In this document: positions 35,434-44,583 of the stretch, piece after piece
Layout of the letters: each line of letters begins with the position of its first letter
How positions within the stretch are numbered: position 1 is the stretch's first letter
Origin: a virus
Lineage: Duplodnaviria; Caudoviricetes
Direction: 5' to 3' (one strand)
Virus record (IMG/VR): IMGVR_UViG_3300017987_005501
Length of the DNA stretch: 64,000 nt
The notes under the pieces: model-generated
Told to the model about the DNA's origin: nothing
The model's input: the letters and a program-made list of their open reading frames with translations, nothing else
Databases searched by the model: none
Translations under genes and position numbers: made by a program

Positions 35434-35948
35434 CCGACGAAGATAAATTAAAAATAAAAAGTTCCCTTCTCTCCGAGGAAGAAATGCGAAGCCCTTTATT
35501 TAAGGGTTATATTAAAGAAATGCTCAAGGTTATGCAGGAGTTATTCGCAACAGGAATTACTGCAAATCAAATTGGGTGGGCAAAAAAAGTTATTATAATC
35601 GGAGCAAAAGATCTCTCACGATATGACATCTTTATAAATGCCTCCTATAAACCAATTAAGAAACACGGGACTTATAATAGTATAGAAGGTTCTATTAGTT
35701 TCCCGAAGAAACAATTCTCTCTTACAAGATGGAATACAATTAAAGTAACTTATAGTGGAATCATTAATAATAGATGGCAAACTTTTTGTAAAAAATTTAG
35801 GCTTGAGAGCAATTTACAGCAGCTGATTGATTTAACAGATGGAATCTCCTTAAAAAATAAAGGGTCCTATTTTGGAGAATACCTACCAGATATAGACATT
35901 CCAAGTAAAACGTATCTGAAATATTATGGGGAGGATTTAAATGGATGA
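35424..35948 (+). CDS. Peptide deformylase-like protein with degenerate metal ligands
   Basis: GITANQIG (cf. GxGLAAxQIG), FINAS, EGSIS (cf. EGCLS), RWNTIKVTY, QQLIDLTDG (cf. QHEIDHLxG). Confidence 0.75.
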   Translation: MQLADEDKLKIKSSLLSEEEMRSPLFKGYIKEMLKVMQELFATGITANQIGWAKKVIIIGAKDLSRYDIFINASYKPIKKHGTYNSIEGSISFPKKQFSLTRWNTIKVTYSGIINNRWQTFCKKFRLESNLQQLIDLTDGISLKNKGSYFGEYLPDIDIPSKTYLKYYGEDLNG

Positions 35949-36519
35949 ATATGAATTTATTTTATGTGATTGTAAACACCCAGAGCACATCATACAACTA
36001 TCATATGACGATGAGGTTAACTTTATTTATTTAGCAGTTAAGCTTAACCCCCACAAAGGTTTTTTTAGGCGGTTAATTCATGCAATTAAATATATTTTTG
36101 GGTATAACTCCAGGTATGGGGCCTTTGATGAATTTGTAATTAATAAAGAGTCTTCAGAGCAAATTAAACAGGTTTTAAATAAAATTAAAACAGATGAATA
36201 TCTTGCAAAGTCGGCTCTTGAAATAGTTTCTTATTTATATCCAACAGCAGTAGAAGAAATTAAACTTAAATATGCGGCAGCCATTCTTAAACAATTTAAA
36301 CCATATGAGGTTTCGAGGTTTTTAATAAGGATGAAACAAATTAATAGAAGCGACCCAGACTTAACAATTAAAAAAGCGAAAAAGGCTTTAAAATTTTCAA
36401 ACTTGACCCACCCAAACGATCCAGAGTTACAGTTACTACAATCGTTAGACCTAATGGATCTTCCTGAATCCAAAATTGAAGAACAAATTAATAAATTAAA
36501 TCAAAAAACAGAGGAATAA
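35941..36519 (+). CDS. Hypothetical protein (N-terminal CDC..PEH small phage domain plus helical domain)
   Basis: GGAGG RBS; operon-coupled. Confidence 0.65.
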   Translation: MDEYEFILCDCKHPEHIIQLSYDDEVNFIYLAVKLNPHKGFFRRLIHAIKYIFGYNSRYGAFDEFVINKESSEQIKQVLNKIKTDEYLAKSALEIVSYLYPTAVEEIKLKYAAAILKQFKPYEVSRFLIRMKQINRSDPDLTIKKAKKALKFSNLTHPNDPELQLLQSLDLMDLPESKIEEQINKLNQKTEE

Positions 36520-36520
36520 A

Positions 36521-37045
36521 ATGGACTTACAAGAGCTGTTTAACCTTCAAACGAAATTAAATAATGAAACTTTCTTGAAAAATGACTGTTACCTCTATCA
36601 AGTTAACTCCCCCCGACTTGAAATTTTAACAGGAACTTTCGAGCAACTAGTAACTCATATTAAGACCAAACCTACTAGTATCGTCCGGGTACGGATTCCC
36701 CAATTCAACTCCGGGGCTTGGCTAGATATTGATGGCCCGGAAAGTTGGGGTATCGTGCAAGATTGGTGGCTAAATTCGTATAATTTAGCACAGAGACAAG
36801 AAACTTCAGAATTTACAGATACTACGAATTGGAAATGGTGGAGGTCAAAGGTTAATAAAAAAGATGCAAATCACGCAAGAGTTGAAGCCATAGATGAGCT
36901 GCATTTTTGGATGAGTAAATGTATTCTTTTAGGGTTAAATGCTGAGGACATCGACCGAATCTATAAAAAAAAGAACGAAGTTAATTTGAATAGGCAAGAG
37001 GAAGGTTACTTAACTAAAAAGGATGATGAGAAGGAGATTAAATAA
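36521..37045 (+). CDS. dut: Dimeric (all-alpha) dUTPase-family NTP pyrophosphatase
   Basis: LFNLQTKLN, QETSEF...WKWW, VEAIDELHF, YKKKNEVNLNRQEEGY. Confidence 0.85.
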   Translation: MDLQELFNLQTKLNNETFLKNDCYLYQVNSPRLEILTGTFEQLVTHIKTKPTSIVRVRIPQFNSGAWLDIDGPESWGIVQDWWLNSYNLAQRQETSEFTDTTNWKWWRSKVNKKDANHARVEAIDELHFWMSKCILLGLNAEDIDRIYKKKNEVNLNRQEEGYLTKKDDEKEIK

Positions 37046-38095
37046 ATGTACGACACATTAAAAGACCCAGAAGTTACATTAGAAACTTTGGAAGAAACAG
37101 ATAAAAATACGGCAGAAGATAGTGTTACTCTATCTGGTTTTACCTATGAGTTTGACCAGGGGGAGGACGAACCACATCTAACTGATGGTTTTAATAAATA
37201 TTATTTCGATATTGAAAATACGTTCGCCCTTGAACAGCTTTGTACCTGGTTAAAAATTAAGCAATTCAAGTTTTTCAATAAACGTTCTAAGGAACTTCAG
37301 CAAGATATTGTTAAAGAGTGTATTGGAGACATTTCAAAAGGGAGAAATAACACTCTTTTGAAACTTCGGAATGGTGGAACAAAGTCCTATATTAGGGCAG
37401 TCCTGCATTCTAAGCATACCCCTGTTAAAAATTCAGAGGTTTTAGCTGCTTGCCAAGAAAATGTTGCGAAAAAGGATCTACATGCCTTTAGATGCAGAGG
37501 CTATGGCCTAGATGAACCTTCTGTGAATTTTATCTATACCCTAAAAGATTTCATTGAAGTTAATAATAAAAAATTCTATCTTGGTTTTGACATAATTTCC
37601 TCAGAGTTAGGGGATTACAAGTTCGAATTAAATGCAAATCTTTACGACGAAACAGAAGATGTTTATTATAAAATTACTTTTAATAAGGATTCCTACCTAA
37701 CTTGGAAATATAAAAAGGATGAACCCGACTTCCCCGGAATTATTGGGGACCTGGTAGCCACTTTACAAAGCAGGAAAAACGAGATTAAGAAGGGGCTAGA
37801 GGAGATGTTTGAGGAATTCTACCAAAACAATGAGGAATTACATAAGTATTTTGACTACCTCGAGTTAAATAAGGTAGGCCCTGAGAAGGTTATTAAGGAA
37901 TTAAAGAGAATTGTATTTGACGACCCTCAATATTACAAAACCAAGTACGATTTGGCAAACTTTATAAGCCACTTAGCCACCGAGGTGGAGCCAAGCGATA
38001 AGGATAATAAGTTTTGGCGCGGAAAAACTCTCGCAAAAGTCAATAAAATTGAAACTTTTGCAGGAACTATTATGTGCCTAGACCTTAACCTTTAG
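37046..38095 (+). CDS. DUF932-like protein
   Basis: ALEQLC..L.I, IRAVLHSKHTPVKNSEVL, LGFDIISSELG: recalled DUF932/945 pattern. Confidence 0.55.
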   Translation: MYDTLKDPEVTLETLEETDKNTAEDSVTLSGFTYEFDQGEDEPHLTDGFNKYYFDIENTFALEQLCTWLKIKQFKFFNKRSKELQQDIVKECIGDISKGRNNTLLKLRNGGTKSYIRAVLHSKHTPVKNSEVLAACQENVAKKDLHAFRCRGYGLDEPSVNFIYTLKDFIEVNNKKFYLGFDIISSELGDYKFELNANLYDETEDVYYKITFNKDSYLTWKYKKDEPDFPGIIGDLVATLQSRKNEIKKGLEEMFEEFYQNNEELHKYFDYLELNKVGPEKVIKELKRIVFDDPQYYKTKYDLANFISHLATEVEPSDKDNKFWRGKTLAKVNKIETFAGTIMCLDLNL

Positions 38096-38104
38096 GGGGA
38101 AATT

Positions 38105-38353
38105 ATGGGAGAAATTCCACTTTTTGGCAAACAAAATGTTAGAATAATTAAATTGGGAGACTTTGAAGTTGCCCTTCCAGAAAACGACTCGGCGTCTTTC
38201 CTGGTATTATTGATATCCTTAATCGAGCTCAATGACCCAAAAGTCAATAATGTTTTACTTAAGTGTGGTGTTTCCTTTAGCGACATTAAGGGAAAACAAT
38301 ATTTCCCAAGGGACGATACCAAATTACCGGAGGAGATAAATGGCAGCAATTAA
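38105..38353 (+). CDS. Hypothetical protein
   Basis: GGGGG RBS; overlaps the next gene. Confidence 0.55.
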   Translation: MGEIPLFGKQNVRIIKLGDFEVALPENDSASFLVLLISLIELNDPKVNNVLLKCGVSFSDIKGKQYFPRDDTKLPEEINGSN

Positions 38354-39200
38354 TGCATTTTATGTCGTTCCTGGAAATGGGGAAGCCAGAAAGGAATTCA
38401 AAGTTTTTAGGAAACTGAAAACTTTGGCAAAAAAAATCTCCATACAAACATCCCCTAAACAATATAAAAATTTTGGCTTCAGTCTTTTAAAAGATGATGG
38501 GTCAACTATATCACACCCCGATACGCTAGAAGACAATACAAAACCTTTATCAAAGATCTGGGATGAGGACCTTAAAGATTTGGAGTTTGACGAAACTTTA
38601 AGAATCTTTTTATCTAAAACCTCTGAAAATTTACATAACGAACCCTTTGTTTATAAAAGTATATACTCTATTGTTTTAGGAGACACAGCATACTTTGAAC
38701 CTAAAGAAAATCCGAGTAAGGTTATTTCAGAAGAAGGTTTTTTAACTGGAATTTCAAAACTACGAGAGGAATCCCCGAGCGCGTCAGCTGACTTTAATAT
38801 TATTTCGTTTGATGCTGACAAGCCAAATAGAATTGAGGTTTACCGGGGACTACGGCCCTTAAACGTCATTTATAGTTTAGCCTGGGGATGTTTTATTTTC
38901 TCAAGTAACCATTCTAATAAACCTATTCTTGCAAAAGAGGATTTATTATCTCGCCAGCCTTTTCTCCCGCTTGACCTAGACCCATATAGTGCATATTTAA
39001 TTACAGAAGATAAAATTCATCACGCTGACCAAAACTTGGAGTATGGGGAGGATCTTTGTTGTGGAGAATTAAAAAGTGCTGTTAAAGCGAAAAAGTTACT
39101 TTTAGATTTTGACAATAAAAAGGTTTACCATCCAAATGACCTTTTGTACTACTCTTATTGCCCTTTTTGTGGTTTAGATATTAGGGACTTAATAGAATAG
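38340..39200 (+). CDS. Degenerate class II GATase (Ntn) domain, paralog of the Gat-QueC N-terminus, with C-terminal Cys motif
   Basis: MAAINAF vs MCSIFGF; FNIISFDADKPNRIEVYRGLRPLNVIY...FIFSS vs YALAVYNTLSPDKLFLYRDFNPLTVLY...YIFAS; LDLDPYSAYLI vs IDIPPYSGAVI; C-terminal CC...CPFCG. Confidence 0.7.
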   Translation: MAAINAFYVVPGNGEARKEFKVFRKLKTLAKKISIQTSPKQYKNFGFSLLKDDGSTISHPDTLEDNTKPLSKIWDEDLKDLEFDETLRIFLSKTSENLHNEPFVYKSIYSIVLGDTAYFEPKENPSKVISEEGFLTGISKLREESPSASADFNIISFDADKPNRIEVYRGLRPLNVIYSLAWGCFIFSSNHSNKPILAKEDLLSRQPFLPLDLDPYSAYLITEDKIHHADQNLEYGEDLCCGELKSAVKAKKLLLDFDNKKVYHPNDLLYYSYCPFCGLDIRDLIE

Positions 39201-39207
39201 AGGAAAA

Positions 39208-39720
39208 ATGAAACCTTTTGTATCCGACTGGAAACAATTTAAAACAGACTGTAAAATTCTAGCCGACGAAATATTAAAAAACCCTATTAAAGATTTGCCA
39301 AAACCTAAAAGCATTTTAAGTCTTAATACGGGAGGGGCAGAAGTTGCAAAAGAGCTTAAAAAACTAATTCCTTCCATAAAAAAAGAATACTACCTTGAGG
39401 CTAATCCCGAGAAAATAATTCTTCCTCTTAAGTCCCCTGATAAGATTAAAGGCCCCGCTATTTTAGTTGCAGCTATACAAGATACGGGGAAAACTATAAG
39501 AAAGGCGTTGGAATATTTAGAAATAACATTCGAAAAATATGACTTGGATATAACAATTGCCGTGTTATATGATAAATTAAGAAAAGATTTCGTAACTTAC
39601 GTTTTGCCAACTTACTGTGGGGTAGGGTTTGCTATGGGGGAGACCGTGTGGGTTAACTTCCCTTGGGAAACCTTTGATATAACCAACGAGGAGCAGGATG
39701 AACAGCAAAAAGAAATTTAA
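39208..39720 (+). CDS. Type I phosphoribosyltransferase (Gpt/Hpt-like)
   Basis: SDWKQF...LA..I, ILSLNTGG, ILVAAIQDTGKTIR (PRPP loop variant), IAVLYDK, WVNFPWE. Confidence 0.8.
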   Translation: MKPFVSDWKQFKTDCKILADEILKNPIKDLPKPKSILSLNTGGAEVAKELKKLIPSIKKEYYLEANPEKIILPLKSPDKIKGPAILVAAIQDTGKTIRKALEYLEITFEKYDLDITIAVLYDKLRKDFVTYVLPTYCGVGFAMGETVWVNFPWETFDITNEEQDEQQKEI

Positions 39721-40657
39721 AATTTTCTGCGGGAATGCGAATAAAACATTAGCGAGAGAAATTTGCGATGATTTAGGAATTTCCTTAGGTAAGTGTTTGG
39801 TTGACCGGTTTTCGGATGGGGAAGTTAGAGTTGAACTTTTAGAAAATGTTCGTGGACATGATATTTTTGTTGTTCAACCAACTCAACCTAAAGCAGAAAA
39901 CATTATTGAGCTTATTCTCCTCCTTGACGCCCTAAAAAGGGCCTCAGCAAATTACATAACAGCAGTAATTCCTTATTTTGGATATGCACGGCAGGATAGA
40001 AAAGACAAAGGGAGAATCCCAATTAGTGCAAAGGCAATAGCAAAAACAATTCAGACCTTAGGAGCTGACCGGGTTCTTACTATGGATTTACATGCCTCCC
40101 AAATTCAAGGGTTCTTTGATATTCCGGTTGACCATATTTATGGATCTTCTATTCTTGTACCCTATTTTAGAAATTTGCTTCGGGAGGAAGATCCAAAAAA
40201 TTGGGCAATCTGCGCCCCAGACGCAGGTAGCATTAAAATGGCGCGAGCATATGCAAAACATCTTGATGTTAGTTTAGTTGCAATTGATAAAAGAAGAGAA
40301 AAGGTTAACCAATCTGAGGTTATGCATATTTTGGGGGACCCAGTTCAGGGCAAAAAAGTTATTATCATGGATGACATGATCGACACAGCGGGAACCATTG
40401 TTAATGCTGCCTACGCAGTTCATAATAAAGGGGCGAAAACGATTTATGCAGCCTGTACTCATGGAATTTTAAGTGGTCCTGCTGTATCTCGGATAACAAA
40501 AAGCCCTATCTCTAAAATTATAACCTTAAATACCGTTCCCCATGACTTTTCAAGCCTAAACGGAAGGGCAACCCAATTAAGTTCTGCCCGACTTTTTTCG
40601 GAGGCTATTAGTGGAATTTACCATGAAGAATCGGTTAGTAGCCTATTCCTTGATTAG
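39698..40657 (+). CDS. prs: Ribose-phosphate pyrophosphokinase (PRPP synthetase)
   Basis: RFSDGEVRV, VRGHDIF, PYFGYARQDRK, DLHASQIQGFF, PDAG, DDMIDTAGT, THGILSG. Confidence 0.96.
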   Translation: MNSKKKFKIFCGNANKTLAREICDDLGISLGKCLVDRFSDGEVRVELLENVRGHDIFVVQPTQPKAENIIELILLLDALKRASANYITAVIPYFGYARQDRKDKGRIPISAKAIAKTIQTLGADRVLTMDLHASQIQGFFDIPVDHIYGSSILVPYFRNLLREEDPKNWAICAPDAGSIKMARAYAKHLDVSLVAIDKRREKVNQSEVMHILGDPVQGKKVIIMDDMIDTAGTIVNAAYAVHNKGAKTIYAACTHGILSGPAVSRITKSPISKIITLNTVPHDFSSLNGRATQLSSARLFSEAISGIYHEESVSSLFLD

Positions 40658-40695
40658 TTTATTCGTATAAGGATTAAACGGAGAATTATTTAGCA

Positions 40696-42120
40696 GTGAA
40701 AAGATTAGATCTAAAATACAGACCAAAAAACTTTGAAGAAGTAATCGGACAAGAATTTGTTTGTACTGTTTTGAAGAAAAATATTGCAAGCAATAATATT
40801 GCCGATGGTTATATTTTTTCTGGGTCTCATGGTTCTGGAAAAACAACTTTGAGCCGTATTTTTGCTTCCGCCGTTCTATGTCCGGATAGAAAAGAAGATG
40901 GCAATCCTTGTGGAAATTGTGATAGTTGTTTATCAATTCTAGAACAGAAAAATCTAAATTATCGGGAAGAAGACGGTGGGTCTAGGGGAAAGATTGACCA
41001 GATCCGGGAGATTCTAGAAGAATCGAAGTATAAAGCATTAGATGGGGCCACTAAAAAGATAGTAGTGTTTGATGAGGCGCATGGGATTTCAAAAGCAGGG
41101 CAAAATGCTTTATTAAAAGAATTGGAAGAGGGTGGAAATACTATATATATTTTCTGCACTACTGAACCTGAAAAGTTATTGCCAACTATCCAATCTAGAT
41201 GCCAAACGAATACAATTAGAAAAGCATCTAAAGAAGATATTATTAAAAGACTTACTTATGTTTGTGGGCAAGAAGAAATTAAGTTTGACCCGGAAGCACT
41301 TGAAATAATTATATCAGCAAGTAAATATCATATACGGGATTGTCTAAAAGAGCTCGATAAACTTTCTTGTTTGGGTGACGTAACCCTTGACTTAGTACAT
41401 GATTACCTTGATTTTGATCTCCAGCAAACTTTCTTTGAGATTTTATATGACTTAGAAGAGAATCTCGGGAAAGCAATTGAAAAAGCAGAAAACTTATTAA
41501 CAAGACTAAATGCTGCTGAGGTCTATGATGGATTAGCAAACGCTAGCTTGGATGCTTTTAGAAATAATTTAGGGCAAGATCTAATTCTTCTTGTTCCTAA
41601 TAAAACGATAGTGACAGATGTTTGGAACAAGTATGGAGAAAATGTTTTAAAAATATCTGAATTTTTATTAAAAAGAAGACTAGTTACGATTGATAATATA
41701 TTATTATTTAATGATCTATTTGTTTTATCTGAAAAAGCTAAATCAAAATTTGCAGAAAAGGTTAAAGTTATTCAGGAGACTGTAGAAACTAGGGTGGGGG
41801 ATAATACGGTTGTCGACCCTACAAAAGTTCAAGCGAGTGTTGCAAATGATCCAAGCATTTCTTTATTTGATAACGAAAATAAAGGGATGCTTTCAGAATT
41901 AAAATATATGGATAGCTCGAAGTCCGAACTTCAAAGAAAAGGAACGGCTAAAAAATATTATCATCCAGATTTACGTAAACAATCTGTTGCGGAGCCAGTT
42001 AAGAAAAAGGTTAAGGTCTTGCGGAGTAAGTTTGAAATTTTAACTCCAAAAGAATTTACTCAAGAGATCCTAGGGGGAATCAGCTTTGAAAAAGGAACAG
42101 AAAAAGAATCGCAAGACTAA
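40696..42120 (+). CDS. dnaX: Clamp loader gamma/tau-like subunit
   Basis: KYRPKNFEEVIGQ, GSHGSGKTT, C...PCGNCDSC zinc site, DEAH, NALLKELEE, TTEPEKLLPTIQSRC. Confidence 0.92.
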   Translation: MKRLDLKYRPKNFEEVIGQEFVCTVLKKNIASNNIADGYIFSGSHGSGKTTLSRIFASAVLCPDRKEDGNPCGNCDSCLSILEQKNLNYREEDGGSRGKIDQIREILEESKYKALDGATKKIVVFDEAHGISKAGQNALLKELEEGGNTIYIFCTTEPEKLLPTIQSRCQTNTIRKASKEDIIKRLTYVCGQEEIKFDPEALEIIISASKYHIRDCLKELDKLSCLGDVTLDLVHDYLDFDLQQTFFEILYDLEENLGKAIEKAENLLTRLNAAEVYDGLANASLDAFRNNLGQDLILLVPNKTIVTDVWNKYGENVLKISEFLLKRRLVTIDNILLFNDLFVLSEKAKSKFAEKVKVIQETVETRVGDNTVVDPTKVQASVANDPSISLFDNENKGMLSELKYMDSSKSELQRKGTAKKYYHPDLRKQSVAEPVKKKVKVLRSKFEILTPKEFTQEILGGISFEKGTEKESQD

Positions 42121-42643
42121 AAAGCCTCCTCAGCAATGGGCAGTTCTCGCACTAAATACTTTAGGGGAGAAAGAGGAGGACCTTGATTTAATAATCGAGG
42201 ACATAAAAAGGCTAAACGAAAAAGTAGAGGTTTTTATTCCCATTCATTGGTGTAAAGATCAACAATTTCAAAAGAAAATAAAACTCGTTGAAGGTTACAT
42301 TTTTGTTACTGGTGCAAGTCTTCCCGGAGAGTATTACATATTAGAATCTTCAAAATATGTATTATCAGTTGTTTCTCATGAAGCAACGAAAGGCAGGTGT
42401 CCCGATTTAATTCCGGATGGGGAAGTTCAGACCTTAAAAAAGAAATTACAAAAACTATTAAAGAGAGAATTTAAAAAGGAAGATACAGTAAATATTTTGG
42501 ACGGGGACTATAAGAACCTTACGGGAATGATCCTATCAAACCTTAATGAAAAAGAAGTCTCAATTCAAATCTTAGGAATTAAAAGTGCCGATGTAATAGT
42601 TCGAATTCAAAAAATATTCTTAGAAAAGATGGAAGAGGAATAA
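42086..42643 (+). CDS. nusG: NusG-like antitermination factor (NGN plus KOW)
   Basis: QWAVL, VFIP, LVEGYIFV, FKKEDTVNILDGDYKNLTG (KOW). Confidence 0.75.
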   Translation: MKKEQKKNRKTKKPPQQWAVLALNTLGEKEEDLDLIIEDIKRLNEKVEVFIPIHWCKDQQFQKKIKLVEGYIFVTGASLPGEYYILESSKYVLSVVSHEATKGRCPDLIPDGEVQTLKKKLQKLLKREFKKEDTVNILDGDYKNLTGMILSNLNEKEVSIQILGIKSADVIVRIQKIFLEKMEEE

Positions 42644-42812
42644 ACCACGCTTTTATAGGTTCTCTTTTGTTTTAATTTAGATAAAGACGAGACACCCCCT
42701 ACCTAAAAAGTATCAAAAAAGTAATAAATTATTAATTCCTTGATACTTTTTGAGGGGAAAGTCTTGTAATTTCTATATAAAGGAATTATTAAAATTACCC
42801 AAACATAAAAAT

Positions 42813-43730
42813 ATGGCTAAAACAAACTTTCTTATAGACGGTTCAAATCTTGCTTATCGCCAATATTATGGAATTCAAAAATCTCTTTCAACTTCTGTTG
42901 GAGACCCCTCAGATATTATATTTGGGTTTTTTAGAAGTCTCTTAAAGCTAAAGAGGGAATTCAAACAAGCAGATTTTTGGGTTGCATGGGATGGCGTCAA
43001 TAATGAAAGGCGCCGTTTATTTAGTGGCTATAAGGCACAAAGAAAAACAACGGACGATAAGAAAATTATCCACGAACAGATTGAAATTCTAAAGAAACTT
43101 ATACCTTTTTGCGGTATTGGCAGTGTTTATTTAGAAGACCAGGAAGCAGATGATATAATAGCAGCTTTAGCCGTCAAGTATTTTAAGGGCGGCTTAAATT
43201 ATATCTATGCCAATGATAAAGATTACCTCCAACTCGTAAAAGACGGGTCTATTATTGTTCTAATGCCTCGGAAAGGAGAAAATAGGGCATATGACGAAGA
43301 CGCCGTATTAGAAGAATTTAATGTTCCAGTTGAACAGGTTTTACACTTTAGAGCTCTTGATGGAGATTCCTCCGACAATATTCCAAGAGTCCCTTATCTA
43401 AAAAAAGCGACAATTGTTGATATTATTAAAAGATACGATACGATTGATATTTTATATAATAGCACTTTTTCAGGCATTAAAATTTCAGATTATAATAAGC
43501 TTAAAGGATTTGAAAAGCAAGCCAAGACAAATCTTCAATTAATGAGGTTAAACACCTCCTTAGAGCTTGAAGATCAAATCGAGAAGCCACCATTCAACTT
43601 AAAAGAATTAGAAGCAGCATTCGAAAAATACGAATTAAAAACTCTCCTCATTAAGATAGACGAGTTTGCTCGCGAATTTGGTGGTATGGATGGATTCATG
43701 AAAACAGGGATCCAACAAATCTCCTTATAA
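42813..43730 (+). CDS. 5'-3' exonuclease / flap endonuclease (PolA N-terminal-like)
   Basis: LIDGSNLAYR, VAWDG, YKAQR, EADDIIA, DKDYLQL, ALDGDSSDNIP. Confidence 0.93.
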   Translation: MAKTNFLIDGSNLAYRQYYGIQKSLSTSVGDPSDIIFGFFRSLLKLKREFKQADFWVAWDGVNNERRRLFSGYKAQRKTTDDKKIIHEQIEILKKLIPFCGIGSVYLEDQEADDIIAALAVKYFKGGLNYIYANDKDYLQLVKDGSIIVLMPRKGENRAYDEDAVLEEFNVPVEQVLHFRALDGDSSDNIPRVPYLKKATIVDIIKRYDTIDILYNSTFSGIKISDYNKLKGFEKQAKTNLQLMRLNTSLELEDQIEKPPFNLKELEAAFEKYELKTLLIKIDEFAREFGGMDGFMKTGIQQISL

Positions 43731-43751
43731 TAAAATAAGAGAAAGAATCTA

Positions 43752-44507
43752 ATGGGGAATAACTTTCGTTTTATTCAAAATATTGATCCGCAAGAATTTG
43801 CTTCCCGTTTTTCCGAAAAAATCGACTTAGACCAGTACGAAAAAAGAGACTTAGGCTTTTCATTTGACGACTTAAAACCCTATCTCGAAAAACTGCCATT
43901 ACGGGAACAAGATTTAATTATTATGTATTTCCACTTAAATAAGGACCAAGCGGAAATTGCGACTATTTTTAGTATTTCTCAAGGTGCCGTAAGCCATAGA
44001 TTAAGAAAAGCATTAAAAAGATTAAAATTTCTGGTTGCCCTTCCAGATATATCAAAAGATGAAATGATTAGCGATTTAACCGAGTTTTTCTATAAAGGCG
44101 GGCCCGAAACTTTTTGTTGTGACTGTAAGACTACCTACGAAGGGCTTCATGAAAAGTGTCCTGGGTTTAAGAAAAACGAAAAGAAAAAAGAAATTCTAAA
44201 TAGCAAGGGGAAGAAAATCCCTTGCAAGTCTAAGAGCCTAATACATAATATTGATGTTCAAATTATGACTCTTATGTGGGAAACGACATGCCAAAGCGAA
44301 GTTAGGGACCGCCTTGGGTTAACACAAATTAAGGTTCGTCATAAATTTCTAAAAAATATTGAAAAACTTGAAAAATCCTCAAAACAAGACGAAAACCTCA
44401 AAAAATATGTCAAGGGGTTTAAGCTAATAAGCGAAAACTATAACGTATTAAGAGAAGTTAAACTTCCAAAATGGGATAATCGGCAGACTAGTTTCCTCCG
44501 AGTCTAA
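43752..44507 (+). CDS. Sigma-70 region-4-like HTH protein (tandem HTH, Cys-rich insert)
   Basis: LEKLPLREQDLIIMYF..KDQAEIA..F.ISQGAVSHRLRKALKRLK; CCDC...C...C insert; second HTH-like QSEVRDRLGLTQIKVRH. Confidence 0.75.
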   Translation: MGNNFRFIQNIDPQEFASRFSEKIDLDQYEKRDLGFSFDDLKPYLEKLPLREQDLIIMYFHLNKDQAEIATIFSISQGAVSHRLRKALKRLKFLVALPDISKDEMISDLTEFFYKGGPETFCCDCKTTYEGLHEKCPGFKKNEKKKEILNSKGKKIPCKSKSLIHNIDVQIMTLMWETTCQSEVRDRLGLTQIKVRHKFLKNIEKLEKSSKQDENLKKYVKGFKLISENYNVLREVKLPKWDNRQTSFLRV

Positions 44508-44526
44508 TTGAAAATACTTTTAAAGT

Positions 44527-44540
44527 AATAATTCATTTGT
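44527..44540 (+). promoter_or_regulatory. Recurrent upstream motif variant AATAATTCATTTGT
   Basis: Precedes the 44584-51016 operon. Confidence 0.35.
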
Positions 44541-44583
44541 CATTAGTTACTTTTAGACTATAGTCTCTTTCTGGATTTATGTT

